NCBI GenBank assembly: GCA_002633005.1
Contig: NMRA01000002.1
Location: 512,044 to 576,043, forward strand
Length of the DNA: 64,000 nucleotides
Direction of reading: 5' to 3'
From: Phoronis australis
Taxonomy: Eukaryota > Animalia > Phoronida
The notes beneath the pieces were generated by a model. The model worked only from the letters and a program-made list of their open reading frames with translations. It searched no databases and was not told where the DNA came from. Positions 63,431 through 64,000 of this stretch are shown piece after piece. Position 1 is the first letter of the stretch. Each line of letters opens with the position of its first letter. The translations under genes and the position numbers were made by a program.

Positions 63431-63623
63431 CTGCAAAAAATCAAATTAGGAAATGCGAACTGTAATTATAGTTTGGAAAACATACAAACTATATTAAAGA
63501 AAATGCATCATATACATACAGTACACAGGAAAGTAATCAGACAAAATACTGTGTCAGCGACAAAACAGGTATTAAACTAGTCATGACTGAATAATCTAAT
63601 TACAATGATCAAGGGGGAAATCA

Positions 63624-63790
63624 ACAATTGCTCGGACTTCAAAACCAATTGCCCGGACTTCAAAACCATCTGGATGGACTGCAAAACAGAATGAATGGTG
63701 TTCTAACTTGGTGGTTGCACCTCCAAATGAGATGGCCACACCCAAAAAACTGGATGGCCGGACCTAAAACGGGTTGGTCAGTGCTCAAAC
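63624..63790 (+). repeat. Dispersed repeat with internal subunits of about 21 bp, copy 2
   Basis: acaattgctcggacttcaaaaccaattgcccggacttcaaaaccatctggatggactgcaaaa, similar to 37377 onward. Confidence 0.6.
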
Positions 63791-64000
63791 TCAATGGTGG
63801 AACAAATCGCGATTTTGAGCAAAACGCACAAGTTCGAAGAATAAACACTAGAAGTCACTTGAATCCTTCGAGACATTCAAAGCGAGTCTCTGAGGAAGTA
63901 CAGCCATCATGTTTGATCTCCTGCCAACTGCTTATAACACCGGCCATCGTGTTTTGGTCCCAGCCAACTAATTTTTTTGGATAAGGCTATCGCGTTTTGA

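Noticed and set aside
63628-63984. 118-aa ORF with LPGLQNH-like heptad repeats
   Set aside because: Derived from the 21-bp-subunit dispersed repeat, whose other copy at 37377 has an indel that breaks this frame.

Overview
AT-rich, intron-containing animal genomic DNA (an invertebrate by gene content and style; the species cannot be fixed from sequence alone), not prokaryotic. Reading splice sites by eye gives: the last 3 coding exons of a synaptogyrin (+); a heterotrimeric G-protein alpha subunit of the Gv class (-), whose exon 5 is cut by a single-N contig join so the switch I/G3 region is absent from the assembly; an intronless 500-aa ORF I do not recognise (-); a complete 5-exon 5'(3')-deoxyribonucleotidase, NT5M/NT5C family (-); a complete 13-exon COPS3 (+, 429 aa), head-to-head with the nucleotidase as in human 17p11.2; and a possible terminal exon of another minus-strand gene. 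Introns and spacers hold many non-autonomous DNA transposons, foldback hairpins, tRNA-derived SINE-like heads, a non-LTR retrotransposon endonuclease fragment and minisatellites. A 1.4-1.5 kb apparent tandem duplication looks like two haplotypes assembled side by side. I found no clear new multi-gene system. The best leads are a 54-bp minisatellite that duplicates a splice donor in frame, the orphan ORF, the conserved NT5M-COPS3 pair, and a Kolobok-like element with a THAP-like start in both arms. All family assignments are from recalled motifs, not from searches.
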